Source: Callorhinchus milii | Taxonomy: Eukaryota | Direction of reading: 5' to 3' | Length of the DNA stretch: 64,000 nucleotides | NCBI RefSeq assembly: GCF_018977255.1 | Contig: NW_024704747.1 | Span: 19,468,001-19,532,000 of the forward strand | Part shown: positions 13,321 to 27,590 of the stretch, piece by piece | Numbering within the stretch: position 1 is the first letter of the stretch | Layout of the letters: the number at the start of each line of letters is the position of its first letter | Program-made: the position numbers and the translations under genes | Notes under the pieces: model-generated | Seen by the model: only the letters and a program-made list of their open reading frames with translations | What the model was told of the DNA's origin: nothing | Database searches by the model: none

Positions 13321-14699
13321 CCACACGTGATAGGGTCTCAGAGCACTTAACAATGATATAGTTTGACACCAGAAAGTTGAGGTGACATTTGGCATGGTCA
13401 TAGAGAAAAGACTTCAGGTGGAATCTGAAGGCAGGCAAACAGTGAAGGGATTGAGGCAGAGAGACGAGTGACTGATTATTATTCATGATCACAAAAGACA
13501 CGCGTGCCACGTGAACAGCTGCACACAGGAAGCCCTTGACTAAACTGCTGCAGTTCAGCAACATAATCAACTGAAATGTTTTCTTCCAATTATTCTCCAC
13601 TTCCTTGCTTAAAACAGGCAACAGAGCACAGTTCAGATCACTCATCATTGATATATAATTTTAACAACACCAAGGAAGTAGAGCTGAGGCGTTGAGAGCC
13701 CTTGTGAAGCTGGCTATGAGTTGTAGGCACTTGACTTGTGTTTGCAAAAAAGTCACACTTTTTTTTAAGACCTTCATTAGTTACTAGCGTCTTACTTGAC
13801 TAACAAGAGAATGGCGCCAAGCTTGGCTTTGACGAGAAAGGCTTGCTCAGAGATGAAACGCTTGGTCACAAAACCCAGCACAGTCACTGATGCACAACAT
13901 TTCACAATATGCCTTTATCTTGTCGATTATAATAATAATCCTTGATATGGCGTCTTATCACGTCTTCTTCGTGACGTCTCAAAATGTATACTGTAAAGTG
14001 AATGAACTGTTTATCTTTCAAGTCTTTTTCTACATCTTTCATTTCAATAAAAGCAAACCCCTAACAATATTTCCAACAGGCTCTTTCCCTTTATGTGAAA
14101 GTGCTGCAGAAGATGCAAATCTAACACTTGTGCAGACCGCATTTGCATTTCTGAAAAATTCAATTTCGATTTTTATGTTTGCTGTACAATAATCTGGCCT
14201 CAGATACGCTGCATGGTTTTGCACAGTTCCTTATGATGCTTTGTGACATGCTAGACTAAAAAATTATTTTATAGGAAGCCCCCTTTTTTGTAGAGCATTA
14301 AAACAGAGCATTTTCTGAAAGCTGCAAAGTCCATTCAAGTGATTTACTCATCTATACCTAACGTCACTAAATAAATAATAGATCTAGGCACGTCTATTTT
14401 CATTCTGTAAATACCTTGCGTCCACACAGAACCACTGAAAGATTGTTATATTTTTACTCCTGTTTATGAATTCATAATAACTCACCTTCAGAATAATTCA
14501 AAAAAGGTTTATTATTTTGCTGTGTTTGGTAGGTACTTGCCAATATTGACATTTATCTTTTAGTCACTGGATACACAGAGAACTAACTTTTTTTTAATTG
14601 ATCTCCACACAGATCAACACTTAAAAATTGGGAGCGCTTGAATCCGAGATTTAGTCTACCCTTACCAACTTGGCCGCTACCTTTGTTCAGCATGTTACA

Positions 14700-14972
14700 G
14701 ATACCCCCACGCCCCTCCCAATCTGCTCCATCATTGGCGTGTGGGCTTTCAGCCATTTCTGCCTCTGTTCCCTAGAACTGCATTCTAGAGTCCTTCCAAC
14801 TTGCTCCCTCTCATGTACAAGGTTCATCGCAAGACATACCTTTTTAACAGCTCTTTCGGTCACCTTTCTCTTCCCTACTCCCTTTAGCTCCCATCTCTAG
14901 CTTGGGTGCCATCAAAAGCACTTGGAGACATTCCTCCTGTGTGAAAGACACAAAATGTATAAATTGTAATGT
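14700..14972 (+). mobile_element. L2 3' fragment, old
   Basis: ccatcattggcgtgtgggctttcagcc, then the L2 tail motif. Confidence 0.6.
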
Positions 14973-16554
14973 AATTTGCTGGGAGCATTCTGAACCATTT
15001 CTTCTTCATGTGGCACAAGAGCTGCATTCTCCATTTAATCTGACCTCATGCTCTTCAATCAATGGTTAATAGGAGATGGGTGAACTAGATCTATATGTTG
15101 CTGGGATTCCACACGCAGATAATTAATGGTTGTGAGCAAGTTTAGGATTTTGCTGGTCAATAAAGCTCTATCTATCCATAAGGGTAAAGAGTACTGTTAC
15201 TTCCTAAAAAAAATTACTTGAAGCTTACATCTGCCACTGACTGAGGAATCTTATTTCTACCCCAGCCCCCCCACCAATGGTATATAAGGAGGAAATAATG
15301 TTTCTCAGGATGAAAGTTCTCAGGGGACTGAGTGAATTTGGCTTTGATACTGACTTTTGGCTCGTCTTAACTAGACGCGATTAGTTGGCCCTCAAAATAC
15401 ACAGTCACTACTATTTACAGGAAATGCTGTGAACCCACAAGTTTCTGACTGAAGGCAAGAGCGCTACCAACTAAGCCAGGCTAACACCCATGCTTTGGGT
15501 TAGTAATGCAAGGATCATTATTATTTCTATAGCATGTTTTATCTGAATTACTGAAATTTACACATTTGCTGTGACAGGAGTTCAGCCTTTATACTCAGCA
15601 ATGGAGAAATATCCTCAGCAGCTTTCCATTTTGTTCAACAAAGTAAAAAGCTGTGCAAAATTCAACAATGAAACTGAACAAATTGGTTCTACAGACGAAC
15701 GATAAAGCCGCACATCTGATAACAAAGTCAACAATAAAGACTAATAATGCTTTGAGTGCTCACCCCACCCACCTTTTTATACCATAACCCAAGTAGGAGA
15801 GCAGATGATACATGAAAAAAAACATTGTGAATTAAGTGCAAAACTCTCAACTGTTGAGCTGGTATCTTGTATAGGAAGCACTTTATCACAGTGAAAATCT
15901 GAACGATCCAGTGTTGTGGGTGTTCCTGTTATATACTGTATTCAGCTGGGCCTGTCAGCTTTGCCACAGAAAACGAGACACACTTCATTGACTGAACTTG
16001 GTAGAAGGTGCTGCCTTTGGTAAGGCAGGCAGTGCTATAATAAGTCGACCCTATTTTTCTTGCAATAAGCAATTAAAATAAATCATTTGAGTGGTTAGGA
16101 AACATGTCATAGACTGAAGCAAAAGTTGATGGGAAAAGTCTGCTCTGCTTCAAACAACAGCCTAACCTCCAAGAAGCGTAGGTGGGAGGTACATGCAAAA
16201 AGTACCGACAAAACTAATAGCTCGACTATAATAAGCATGTTCTCTCTTGAAGAGCTGGCCATTTTTCTTTAATGGAAGCTGTTCTGTGAAATAGTTGTGC
16301 CGGAGACAAAAGGGAACATTCGCTTGAGTTAAAAAGAAAGTGTGAAACATCTGCTTCCTTTTTTCAGAGAAAAATATTATCGTGTTATCAATTTCCTCAA
16401 AAACCACGGTTCGAGCAGTGCCTAGCTTATTGTGTGTGAGATTTAACCCACATTCTACCCCAGTATGTGCTCACCTAGCACTTTTATCACGATTTCCTTC
16501 GGTTACACCTTTGCCAGAATTAATTAAGAATCTTTCTGTGTTTGTATTATAAAA

Positions 16555-17160
16555 AATAATCCTTGCACTTGATGTTGCGCGCTTTCACGTCAGCAGAGCA
16601 TCTCAAAGGACTTCACGAGATTTACTGCAAAGTGTCGTGATTGCTGCAGGCAATTTACGCACAGCAACGTCTCACAAATATCCATGAAGTGAATGACCAG
16701 TTTTATCTGGGGGATTGTTGCCAGGACACCGGGAGAAACTCCCCTATCCCTGGGATCTTTAAAGTTCATCTGAACAGTCAGAGGGAACCTCGGTTTAACG
16801 TTTCATCCAAAGTACAGCACCTCTGCCAATCCTTACATTTGATATAGTGCCTTATCATATTTCAAGAATGTCTCAAACACTGTAATGTCAGCTAGAGTAT
16901 AAGCTCAAATTCCCGACATGAGGCTTGAACCCACAAACATGAATCAGAAGCAAGAATGCTACCCAATTTTAAGGTCACTCTCAAGACCTAGTTCTCTGAC
17001 TCCATTTTGGTCATCTTTCCCCTTCTCATCCAACTTGGCTCTCACTCCCATCTTGGGGGGCAAGCCACTCCACTTTATAATATATCCTGTGATGTGCTTT
17101 AGGATGTCCTCCAGACATGAATAGGCGCTATTTAAATGTAAATTTGTATTATATTGTAAC
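16555..17160. mobile_element. Deu SINE (minus, 16555-16965) abutting an L2 tail (plus, 16970-17160)
   Basis: Family motifs as above. Confidence 0.65.
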
Positions 17161-17557
17161 TGAGCAGGACTGACACCTGTTAGTTAAAATCTTCAGTTAT
17201 TTTGTTACCTGATAAATAATAATAATACTTACATTTCTACATCCATTAGCAGCACAGACCCCAATTGAATTAATAAGAATCAAAGCATTAGATGCAGTGC
17301 TGTAAACAACATTCAACACAATGAGGTCCAACTAAGAAGCCTTATTGTATTCCTACTTTAAAGATATGGATCCTTGTTTCAGTGTTCCATGTAGTATATA
17401 TTTTTTCCATCTGAATTGTTTACAAAGTATGTTTCATTTGCAGATTTTAAATTACACCTATTCTTCATATCAAATGGCTTAGGAGAGTCCAGTTCATTTA
17501 TCAAAATTATACATTTGCTTGCCACATATATTCACTTAAGAATCGACTTGGTGGTTT

Positions 17558-18145
17558 CAGCCCAGCTCAGTTGGTGGCGCACTCCTCTCTGAGTCAAAAG
17601 GTTGTGGGTTCAAGCCTCACGTCAGGACTTTGAACTCACATCCGATCCCTGACCAAGACCGCCTTCCGCCCTATCAGCCACATAGCCCGTACCTTACCCC
17701 AAATGCAGCTGAAACCCTCGTGCGTGTGTTTGTCACCTCCCGCCTCGATTACTCTATCCCATTCCTCGCTGGTCTCCCCAGCTCCACTATTCAAAAAATC
17801 CATCTCATTCAGAACTCTGATGCCCGTTACTTACGCGGACCAAACTCCGTACCCCCATCTCACCAGCTCTGGTCAGGCTCCCCTGGCTCCCCATCACCGG
17901 CTCGGAGTCAGACTCCGCAATTGTTAAGCGCTCTGAGATGCTACCCTGTGGGGAGGGTACTTTATATATGCAAGTTGTTGCTTGTGGAACATTGCTGTGT
18001 GCAAATTGGGTGTCACATTCGCCCATATATATATATATATATATATAAAATGTTCAGTCTCTACTTTTACAGTATCTCTTATGAAGCACATTGAGACATC
18101 CCTTGTGCACGAAAGGTGCTATTCCAAATGTAGGGATTATTATTC
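17558..18145 (+). mobile_element. Mosaic: SINE head, L2 RT fragment, L2 tail, SINE core and tail with (TA)n at 18025-18047
   Basis: ORF 17630 contains PYLTPNAAETLVRVFVTSRLDYS (L2), flanked by SINE head and tail pieces. Confidence 0.75.
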
Positions 18146-18399
18146 GCATAAATCACGATTAGACTTTGTTTCGTTCTAGACAATAAAATGTCCTTTTTAT
18201 ATTTTTATGGCTTCATTAAATATTCATTATATTCCTTTGGTTTATAGCATGCTAGCTTCTCATACAGAACCTTGTCTCTGAACCCATTATAATCATAATT
18301 ACTCTGTTACCAGTTATTGTATATCCAGACTGGGTGGCATGTGTTTTTGTTATGGCTGCTAATTACATAAATTAAAGGCACCTATAATTCCCTCTAAAC

Positions 18400-19470
18400 A
18401 TTCAATCCTCCTCCACCGCCTCTCCTCCCACCTCAACCTTCAAGGTTCTGTCCTTGACTGGTTCAGGTCCTACCTTTCACACCGCCTCCACTTCGCCGCA
18501 GCAAATGGCTTCTCCTCCTCCGTCTCATGCGGTGTTCCTCAGGGCTCTGTCCTGGGTCCCCTCCTCTTCACCCTCTACATGCTCCCACTTGGTGACATCA
18601 TCCGCAGAAATGGGATAAAGTTCCCCATGTATGCAGATGACATCCAACTCTATCTCTCTGCCTCCACCCTCAACTCCAGGACTACTGGCATCCTGACCGA
18701 CTGCCTATCCGACATCAAGTCCTGGATGAGGGACAACTTTCTCCAACTCAACGTCAGCAAGACTGAGGCCCTCCTGATTGGCTCACGCCAGCACCTCCAC
18801 ACTCAACCTCACGAAGCCAGTCAGGAACCTGGGTGTTCTTTTTGCCCCTGAACTGTCCTTTCTCCCCCACATCCGTGCCATGACCAGCACTGCCTACCAA
18901 CACCTCTGCAACATTGCCAGACTCCACCATTGCTTTCCCAACTCTTCCCTTCACAAGCTGCAGATCATCCAAAACTCTGCAGCTCGTGTACTCTCATGCA
19001 CCAGGTTCTGCGACCCCATCACTCCCACCCTCGCCCGACTCCACTGGCTCCGCATCCCTCACAGAATCGAATTCAAGATCCTCGTCCTCACTTTCAAGGC
19101 CACCCATGGCCTTGCCCCCTCCTACTCTCTGACCTGCTGACTCTCTACCAACCTGCCCACTCCCAATCCCTCCGTTCAGCAGGCTGCTCCATGTCTCCCG
19201 CCCGACTTGCCCCTACCATCAGTGGCAGGGATCTCAGCCTCTCTGCCCCCACACTCTGGAACTCCGTCCCACAGTCCCTTCACCTCGTTTCCTTCCTTGC
19301 CTCCTTCAAGGCCATTCTCAAGACCCTTCTCTTAGATCGTGCCTTCGGTCTCCCACCCATCTCTGCCTTCCCTCACCCCTACCCCACCCCTCCCCCATGT
19401 TGGGTCCCGACCCCGGACGTCCTCCCGACGTGAAAGGTGCGCTATAAATGGAATTTGTTGTTGCTGTTGC
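18400..19470 (+). mobile_element. L2 LINE 3' portion (degenerate RT and tail)
   Basis: GVPQGSVLGPLLFTLYMLPLGDII, MYADDIQLY, IIQNSAARVL, LHWLRIPHRIEFKILVLTFKA; (GTT)n tail. Confidence 0.93.
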
Positions 19471-21615
19471 TACACATCCAACACATTTACACATGGTTTA
19501 CATATATCTAAAAGATACAAGATATGTATTTATGTTGCCGAAGATAAACATAAAAATTAGGCCATTGTTATTTTTGGCTGGAAAGCAGTATTATCACTTT
19601 AAAGTTGCTGCTTAAGTTACTCAAAGAAAAAAGTCCTTAGTCTCTGCATTAATATAACACTTGATCACATCGATATAACCCTTTCTAGTCTTACAATAAA
19701 GTGTAGTGGCTGTGATGCTAAATATTCAAATAGCACTAATTGAAAAGAGAAGGGAGTTTTCTCCCACTGTCCTGGTCGGCAATCCCCTGGATAAAATTAG
19801 TCATTCAATTCGTGGCTGTTCAGGTGATATTAGTTACTCGTTCAGCTGTGGAATCCAGTCAGTACACTTTACTGTAAATCCTGTGAAGCACTGAGATGCT
19901 TCAACACTGCGATAAGACATGATATCAAATGCAAGAATTATTACTATTAATTACTATTATCATCATTTTGCAAACGGCAGCTTGAAAGTCTAACCTGCTT
20001 TATGTGCCTTTTTGATAAACTGATTGTCAAAACCATGTAGAAAGGGCAACCGAAATAGCAGAGCTGCTTTGAAATGGCTGCAGGATATGAGTGCGGAAAA
20101 AAAACAGAATGACACAACCCTAACAGCTACGTGAGCAGGAAACCTTTTCCCAAAATAACCACAGCAATTCCACAGCTACAGCCTGCTGATTGATTGTTGC
20201 TGATACATTGGTGGCAGTCGCATTTTTCACACAACTATAATAAAGGAAATTTACATGGAGGAAGCAGTCACACAGATCAAGCTACCACCGCCCACACAGC
20301 ATTCAGCCTTTAACTGCTCGTATTCCAGTGAGACAACATTGCAGCGATTACGCTGGAAAGTGCTCTTTATGGATGTTAATGTGGGTGATGCCCATCATCT
20401 GTCAATTTAGGAGAAATACTCTCCTAAACTGCAAATTTTACACCGCTAAAAGACAGTCTAACGAAAAAACACAGACTGTGGTTTCTGATGGCTGTAGCTG
20501 TGCGATTTGTTTTATCAATGTTTTAAACCGCATGGATAGACTTCCTTAACAGACAGTGTTGATCACGTGACGGGAAGCCTAACCGGGGCTGTGTAACCAG
20601 GGCTGTAAACAGTCACTGTAACAATGCAGAATGCAGCAGGCACATTTGTTAAGCCTTGTAATCAGTGGCATAGCAGATGTGGGTCAAACTGAGGTGATGG
20701 TTCCCTGTAAATGTGATTCCCAGTATTTCTTAAAAGGTTGCAAGGCAGGAAGTTATTATTCCAGCTCAAGACATGGTTTGACTATTGATACGTAATTCTG
20801 CATGTCTTGAGTGTCAAGCAGCCCGAGAATGGGGCTCCGAAATGCTACCCCACGTGAAGGGTGCTATATAAATCATGATGTTGTTGTTATTATAAGATCC
20901 TGGTATAAAGCCAACTTTGTAATGGAAGAGGGCCACAGAAGTGAATCCTTTAAGGCAAATAAGTTTGAATCACTTTTGCTACTGAATTGCACAGGTGGTG
21001 CTTTTAGCTTCTAAGTCAATACACCTATTTGTGAAATTTTATCTGGTGTACAAAGTCTCGCAAAAAGACTCAATCTCATGCAGGCATGTGTACTGTAACA
21101 CGCGTGTGGAAGATGTACTATCTCTCCCACCCGTGCACAGTGCTCTCTTCACAATGTTAAAGACATGCAAACACGTACGTCTCTCATTCTGTTGATCTCA
21201 TATCAACGGATAGCGCAACCCAAGTTGAAATATTATCACTTCAATCAAATAACTGATGATTATTTTTATTTTGGCTCCGTGTGCATGCGTCTGTGTGTGT
21301 ATGTGCGAGAGAACAGAAGGGGAGTGGAGGTATGAATATTCCTAAGACATAACTGACGAGAAGTTTCATTCACTTACTTGGAGCCAAAACATTGGGGAGG
21401 GCGCATTGAAGAGAATGGATGGGAATAAATGGGACTTTGAAGATACAGAGACTTTACCAATCTAAAATATGGGCACGTCTGTGTTTGTGAATGGATTCAC
21501 TATGCACTAGTGGAATTCCAAAGTGAAAACACCACGTTTGACATTGAGTGTCTTTTCTCTTCTTAAGCATGTTGCAGACCAGATGACACTCAAGGTAGAG
21601 AGACTGCTTTTATAC

Positions 21616-21647
21616 TGTGTGTGTGTGTGTAGTGGGGGGGGGGGGGG
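21616..21647. repeat. (TG)n microsatellite plus poly-G run
   Basis: tgtgtgtgtgtgtgtagt followed by G14. Confidence 0.9.
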
Positions 21648-22129
21648 TGATGAGAAGAAGGAGAGGAAATAGGGGACATAACCTTAAAAAGCAATCAATA
21701 TTATAGATATACATTTAAAACATATTCCCATTTTCTCTCATTCTACCCTAGTCTGGAAAGACGTTGTTAAGCAACAGTGGATCTATTGCTTTCATTAAAG
21801 TCCCCACATCCTGAAGGAAATATTCTGGATTTTTAATGGGGTCTATCTGACACTGATCTCTAAAACTTGCGGTTGTTTTGCTCTGAATTTTTAATGGACT
21901 TGCCTATTATAAAGACACATGGAAAGATTACTATTTTTAGATAGATATCCCTCCTCCCCCATGTCATACTATTTATTACATAACAGCACAAACTTTTGAC
22001 CTCCAGTGGATAATTTTTTTAATTGCACTGAAGATAAGAGTGGGATGTGCAGAGAAAGATTACTGCAATACACACACAATTTACATTTATGCAGCACCTT
22101 TCACATGAGGAAGAGATCTAATAGACTTC

Positions 22130-22400
22130 TCATTTCAAGCTTTCTCAGGTAAGGTATAGCACAGCAAGGGGGAAAGCTCCCTCTACTCTCTTCCAACAAT
22201 GTGATTTTATTCAATTGGAAAGAGAGCACCCCCTACAGCACCAATGTGAATTTCCTACATCAGTCACTCCTTTGACCTGACATTGCAAATGACATGAGTG
22301 ACAAATGAAATACACCTGGGTACTGCAAGCTGGGCTGAGACTGTGCAAACTATTTTCCCAAAGAACTCTTGCCCACAACAGACCATGATGTCCTTCCCTT
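22130..22400 (-). mobile_element. Old SINE remnant, possibly LF-SINE-related
   Basis: ggtatagcacagcaagggggaaagctccctctac...caatgtg...gagcaccccctacag resembles the reverse complement of the LF-SINE 3' half as I recall it; weak. Confidence 0.35.
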
Positions 22401-22609
22401 TGATACATTTTGGATGGTCTGAGATGCTACATAAATAGAGTAAATCTAACCCAGGTGGAAAATCTACCCTCGGAATCAGTAAATAGGCAACTCATTGACT
22501 AAAGAATATCAATATAAGAGAGTTAAATCAGACTCCACTACTGTCAAGCACTCCGAGACGCAACTCTGCGTGAAGTGCACTACATAAATGCAAGTTGTTG
22601 TTGTAGAAT

Positions 22610-22872
22610 GCAAATGAATGAAAGGGAATGCTAGGAGAAACTTCTTTACAGATAGAATAGTTAGGATATGGAATGCCCTGCAAGGAGTGGTGGTTGAGGC
22701 AGAATCCATATGAGCTTTCAAAAGGGAAATAGACAAATGCCTAAAAAGTAGTCATCTACAGGGGTACTGGGAAAGGGCAGGTAAAATGGACTAAACAAAT
22801 TGCTCTTAAAGGAGCTAGCACAGACATGATGAACTGAATAGGCCTTGTTTGTGCTGTACGTTTCTATGGTTC
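22610..22872 (+). mobile_element. CR1 LINE 3' end
   Basis: RRNFFTDRIVRIWNALQGVVVEAESI*AFKREIDK (CR1 ORF2 C-terminus) plus tail. Confidence 0.85.
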
Positions 22873-23429
22873 TTTGCCTTTAAGGTCAGATGTACTAGGA
22901 CTCCTGCATTTTGATCTTCACACATCTTACCTTATTATTTGTAACCAGTTAACCTGTGTGGTTGATTTATCACACAAAAGGGGTAACAATTAACAAAGTG
23001 CTACAAAGCATTGGTTTTCTATGGGATTTTTCCTTCCATTACGCAGGGAAAGGAAGAAGCATGGCTACAAGATGTTAAAGGTGTGGTGGGGGGGGGTGGG
23101 GAAAAATTCAAAACGGAGAAAAATAAAACTTAAAAAACATATAGTTTAAGCATCGAGAAATGGCCAAAAAAGAATTGATCTAAACGTCCACATCGGTTCC
23201 AGCAAATACACTCCATGATCATGATTTAGGTACATTTCCAGGGCAGCATTTCAGTGTTGCAGATTTAGGAAAATGATGTCATGTTTGCAACTGCCTTTAT
23301 TGTTGCCAACGTGACATTACAGTGCTGTTTCACCTGGTACCAGTTTAGTTAAAACCGAGCCAATCTGCCCCAAACAGTCTGTTGCTTCAATTAGTTCCAG
23401 TGGAGAAAGACTCCACATCCGATGGGCAT

Positions 23430-23632
23430 GAAAGGGTGGTGAAAACAGATTCAATAACAACTTTCAAAGGGGAATTGGATAGGTACTTGAAAAGGAAAAA
23501 TTTGCAAGGATATGGGGAAAGAGAGAGGGAGTGGGACTGATTGGGTAGCTCTTCCAAAGAGCTGGCACAAGCACAATGGGTCGAATGACCTTCATCTGTG
23601 CTGTAATATTCTATAATTTTATTCTATGATTT
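23430..23632 (+). mobile_element. CR1 LINE 3' end
   Basis: ctttcaaaggggaattggataggtacttg...ctgtgctgtaatattctat. Confidence 0.8.
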
Positions 23633-24459
23633 CAGCTCGAGGAGTGTAGCTGGTGCGATTACATTAAAATCCTACTGGACAACTTAAAAGTGCACAAGCT
23701 GGCTGCCACATTTCCCAAATGCGGGGTCACTAAACTATACAGTGATTCCTGCGAAGCCCTTTGAAATGTCTCAATGATGTGATAAGGTGTTAAATCAACG
23801 CAAGTAGTATTATTTAACAAGCTATAGTACAGTGAAACCTCAATTATTTATTAATTCCAATTATATACCAGAATTCTCTTCCAATGTGGCAGCCAAAGGA
23901 GATCCCGCTGTACAGATATTAAATATTTATCTGTTTGCCTCCCCCGCTTCTCCCCATGCCCCCATTAATACTCTTTCAAAATGATCAAAGAGTCTCCTCA
24001 AAATTAAAGCTAAAAGCAGCGAAGATATGATCAAACAAGTTCTTTTGCACTTCATTTTCACTTTTAGTAACAACTTGAGATTTAGACAATATTGTAAGCG
24101 TGTGGGGGATTGACAATTAAATGTAACCTCTGTTCTAGCAGTGGTGTCATCAAACAAAGTTCCAAGCGAAAGCTCACTTTAAATACTGCAAGTGATTGCA
24201 AAAAAATACACACGTTTATAGTTGTGGCAGACATGATCCATATTAATGACCAGCAAAACTAGTTCCTCTGAAATAATGACGATAGATGCATCTTCCAGCC
24301 CTAGATTCTTTACACGTAAGTTATGTGAATGAAGCTTTCTTAGGTTCATTGCCAGTTCCCAGAAACAAAGTTCCTGGCTCTAGACAACCTTGAAACCAGT
24401 GACAGGTAGCCCATATTCTCAGGCTGCTAACATCAAGGTTTAGAGTGTAACATACTTTT

Positions 24460-24866
24460 GTCCACAAAACATATAGTCAATTCACTTTACAGTGAATTCT
24501 GTGAAGTGCTTTAAACCTCTCAAAGATGTGATAAGGCCTATATCAAATGCGAGAATTATTATTTTTATTACTTTGCAAGACATATGGAACAAGATCTAGC
24601 AGATCAACAGGACAGAATGACTAAAAGCTAAGAGTCCACCTTTCTTCAATAGCTCACATTCACAAGATTAGCTTCAGAACATCCACCCTTTTTTTATTTT
24701 CTTTCCACGACTGTTTGTGGGACACTGCCGTGCGCAATTGGCTGCTGCGTTTTGCCCACAAATATACAGACAATTGACGTTACAGAACATTCTGTGAAGC
24801 GCTTTGAGACGTCTAGAAGACGTGAAAAGCGCTATATCAAATGCAAGGATTATTATTATTATTATA
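24460..24866 (+). mobile_element. Two SINE 3' fragments (24460-24570 old; 24690-24866 young)
   Basis: Deu 3' core and tail with (ATT)n. Confidence 0.75.
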
Positions 24867-27239
24867 AAATTGGAAGTATAAAGATGCTAACTTCAAACCA
24901 GCACTGAGGTTAGGCAGTAAGAGGTAGAGGTAGCAGATGTGGTTCACACACACTGTGGTATATTTTTAGTGCCTCAAGCATGTTATGCAGTTTGCAGCAG
25001 CAGGTGTTAAATTATACTCAAACAATTTCAATATCAAATCTTGGCAATCATGTGCTCTCACAGCATGATCAATAACTGAAGTGAGCAGCCCGACTGCTCT
25101 ACCTAAAGGCAGAATTGATCCAAGTGTAAATTTGCTGTATTTATTTATGCTTTCCAGGGTCAATTGGGAACTGTATAATATGCTGGTCCAGTTTGTTGCA
25201 TTGATACATGTTTAGTGGATTTTAACAATAAGACTTGAATTCATTCAGTTGAGTGAGTTTGAGAATTGGGATGAAAAGTGCAGGGTTCTGAGCAACGGAG
25301 AACAATATCAGTTTAAGCCTGAAAGGAACAGTTTTGTTTGAGAAGCAATGCTTCCTAACTGAGCTTTGTATTTCAAGTTTTCTAAAATAATCAAAATCGA
25401 TCAGTAGGTCTGTTTGAATTACAGGTGTAGAAAAATGCCCTGGATAACTCATGAGAGATAGATAGAAAGATGACAGATGTTCACAGTTGATCTAGACATG
25501 TTTGCTTTACAGTGGAAATAAACATAGCTCGATCAATATAGAAGGGGATTTGAAAAATAGTTATATGTCAAACCAATAGAGTAAAATTAATCTCTCTCTC
25601 ACAAATTCTAATGATCAAATGCATCAATAAAATCTCACTACAGAAGTGCAAACTTATTCCTCATCCTTTCTCCTGGTAAAATATAAAAGATGATTCTTTG
25701 AATGAAAAGAATTTAAAATAATGGTACATAATGTCGCTAAAGTGTCTAAAAACACTCCACAGGATTATACTATAATGGGTAGTGATTGTGCATTTTGTAG
25801 GCTAACATGGCAGACAATTTGAGCGTAGCAATGTCAAGCCATGAAATGAATGACACATTTTATTTTGAGGAATTGTTGGCCAGGAAACCAGGAGATTGGG
25901 AACAGGCAAATGGGACCTTGATTTAAGGTCTCATCTGAAGGATGATGCAATGCTCCCAAAGCACTGCACTGCAGTGTTAGCTTAGACTGAGCTCAAAGAC
26001 TCATCTTCTCCCTCATGTATACTAAATTTGCATGTTGCAAGGCACCCATAGTTTTTTCAAACCCATAGTGTTCTTTGATTTAATTCATCCATTTAAGATA
26101 CAACCAATTTGGAGGATTTTAAGTTGCTATTCTTTCTTTAAAGCTCTCTTCTGCACCAAATTCAAATCACAGAGGTGAAACCATCTCAATAAATCAGCCT
26201 GACATCCAAACCCACATGCTGGCCAAATATTAGGATACTGACATCAGTTTGTATATGTCCAAGCTTAGACAGAATGGACAAAAGCACCACCAAATTGCTT
26301 TGGATCAATAGATCTGAAGTCAAATTCAATCTCTCACTGTAAATGAAACCGACTATAGTAGTGCTCCAGTCAGTTGCTAGGAGAATGTTAATTTTTATAA
26401 GTGACCCTGTCTTCAGTTCATAAGACACCCAAGTACTAAGGAATTTCAAACAGTGCAACTGAGCCACAGCTTGCCACATCCACTGTGATTCTGAGTACTT
26501 TCCAATGAATCAACAACAGCAACTTGCATTTATATAGTGCCCTTGACGCCGGACGGAGTCTCAGCGCTTTCATTAAGAAAATTGCAATTATTCACAATAA
26601 TACTTTAAGATTAAATGCTTTTGGTTGCTTTATGTTTTACGATTGTACTTTTGCCGTTCCCTCAATGTAGAAATGCACCGCCCAACTGTGGCGTTGAGCT
26701 ACACAGATCAGAATGATAAGATTTTATCACTGTTCTGTGCTGAGTTAGCTATTCTCAGCCAGTGTGGTTGAAGGCCACAACAGTTGACCTTGGTATCTTA
26801 AGTCTGAGAAGGAAAGAAGAAAAAAATAGATGAATGTAGGGACCCTGCTTAGTGCACACCAAAAAGAGTAAGGCACATTCCAAGCAACAGCACAAGCCAA
26901 CTGTTCACACACCGAAAATTCCATTAACATGGAGATAATGGCAAAGCTGAATCGATCAGCTATTTTTAAAAGCAGAAAGAACCAGTTCTTTTCTCTTCCC
27001 CCTTCAGATGATGGGGGAAAATAACGAAAAATAGTGGCTGAATTTACAATATTCCTGAGTGGGATTCCTGCCAATCCATGGGAATCTCATTCTGGAATTA
27101 GATTGCTTCAAAGTGGAGTTTCCACAGTCGCTTGACATAACTCCGATTAACATAAGGATTCCCCAGATGTGCAATTCAGATTGTTAATTAAGCAATCCAG
27201 TTAATAAATAACACAAACTAGATCCCAATTTCATTCCTA

Positions 27240-27590
27240 GAATGAGACGTTAAACCAAAACATCTGTCTGCTTTTTCAGGTGGATGTTAAAAATCCCATG
27301 GCACTATTTGAAAAGAGAAGGGAGTTTCTCCTGGCCAACAATCCCCAAAATAAAATTGATCACTCACTTCATGGTTGTATTTTGCCCACAAAATACATAG
27401 TCAATTAACTTTACAGTATATTCTGTGAAGCATTTTGAGATGTCTCAAAGACATGATAAGGCGCAAATGTATATCAAATGTAAGGATTATTATTGTTAGT
27501 AATTATATCCTGTGAAGCACTTTGGGATGTCCTCTGGTTGTGAATGGCACTATACCAAATGTAAAGATTATTAATTATTATTATGATGAT
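27240..27590 (+). mobile_element. Deu SINE core with doubled tail
   Basis: atgagacgttaaacc...ggatgttaaaaatcccatggcactatttgaa, then two consecutive tail units. Confidence 0.8.
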
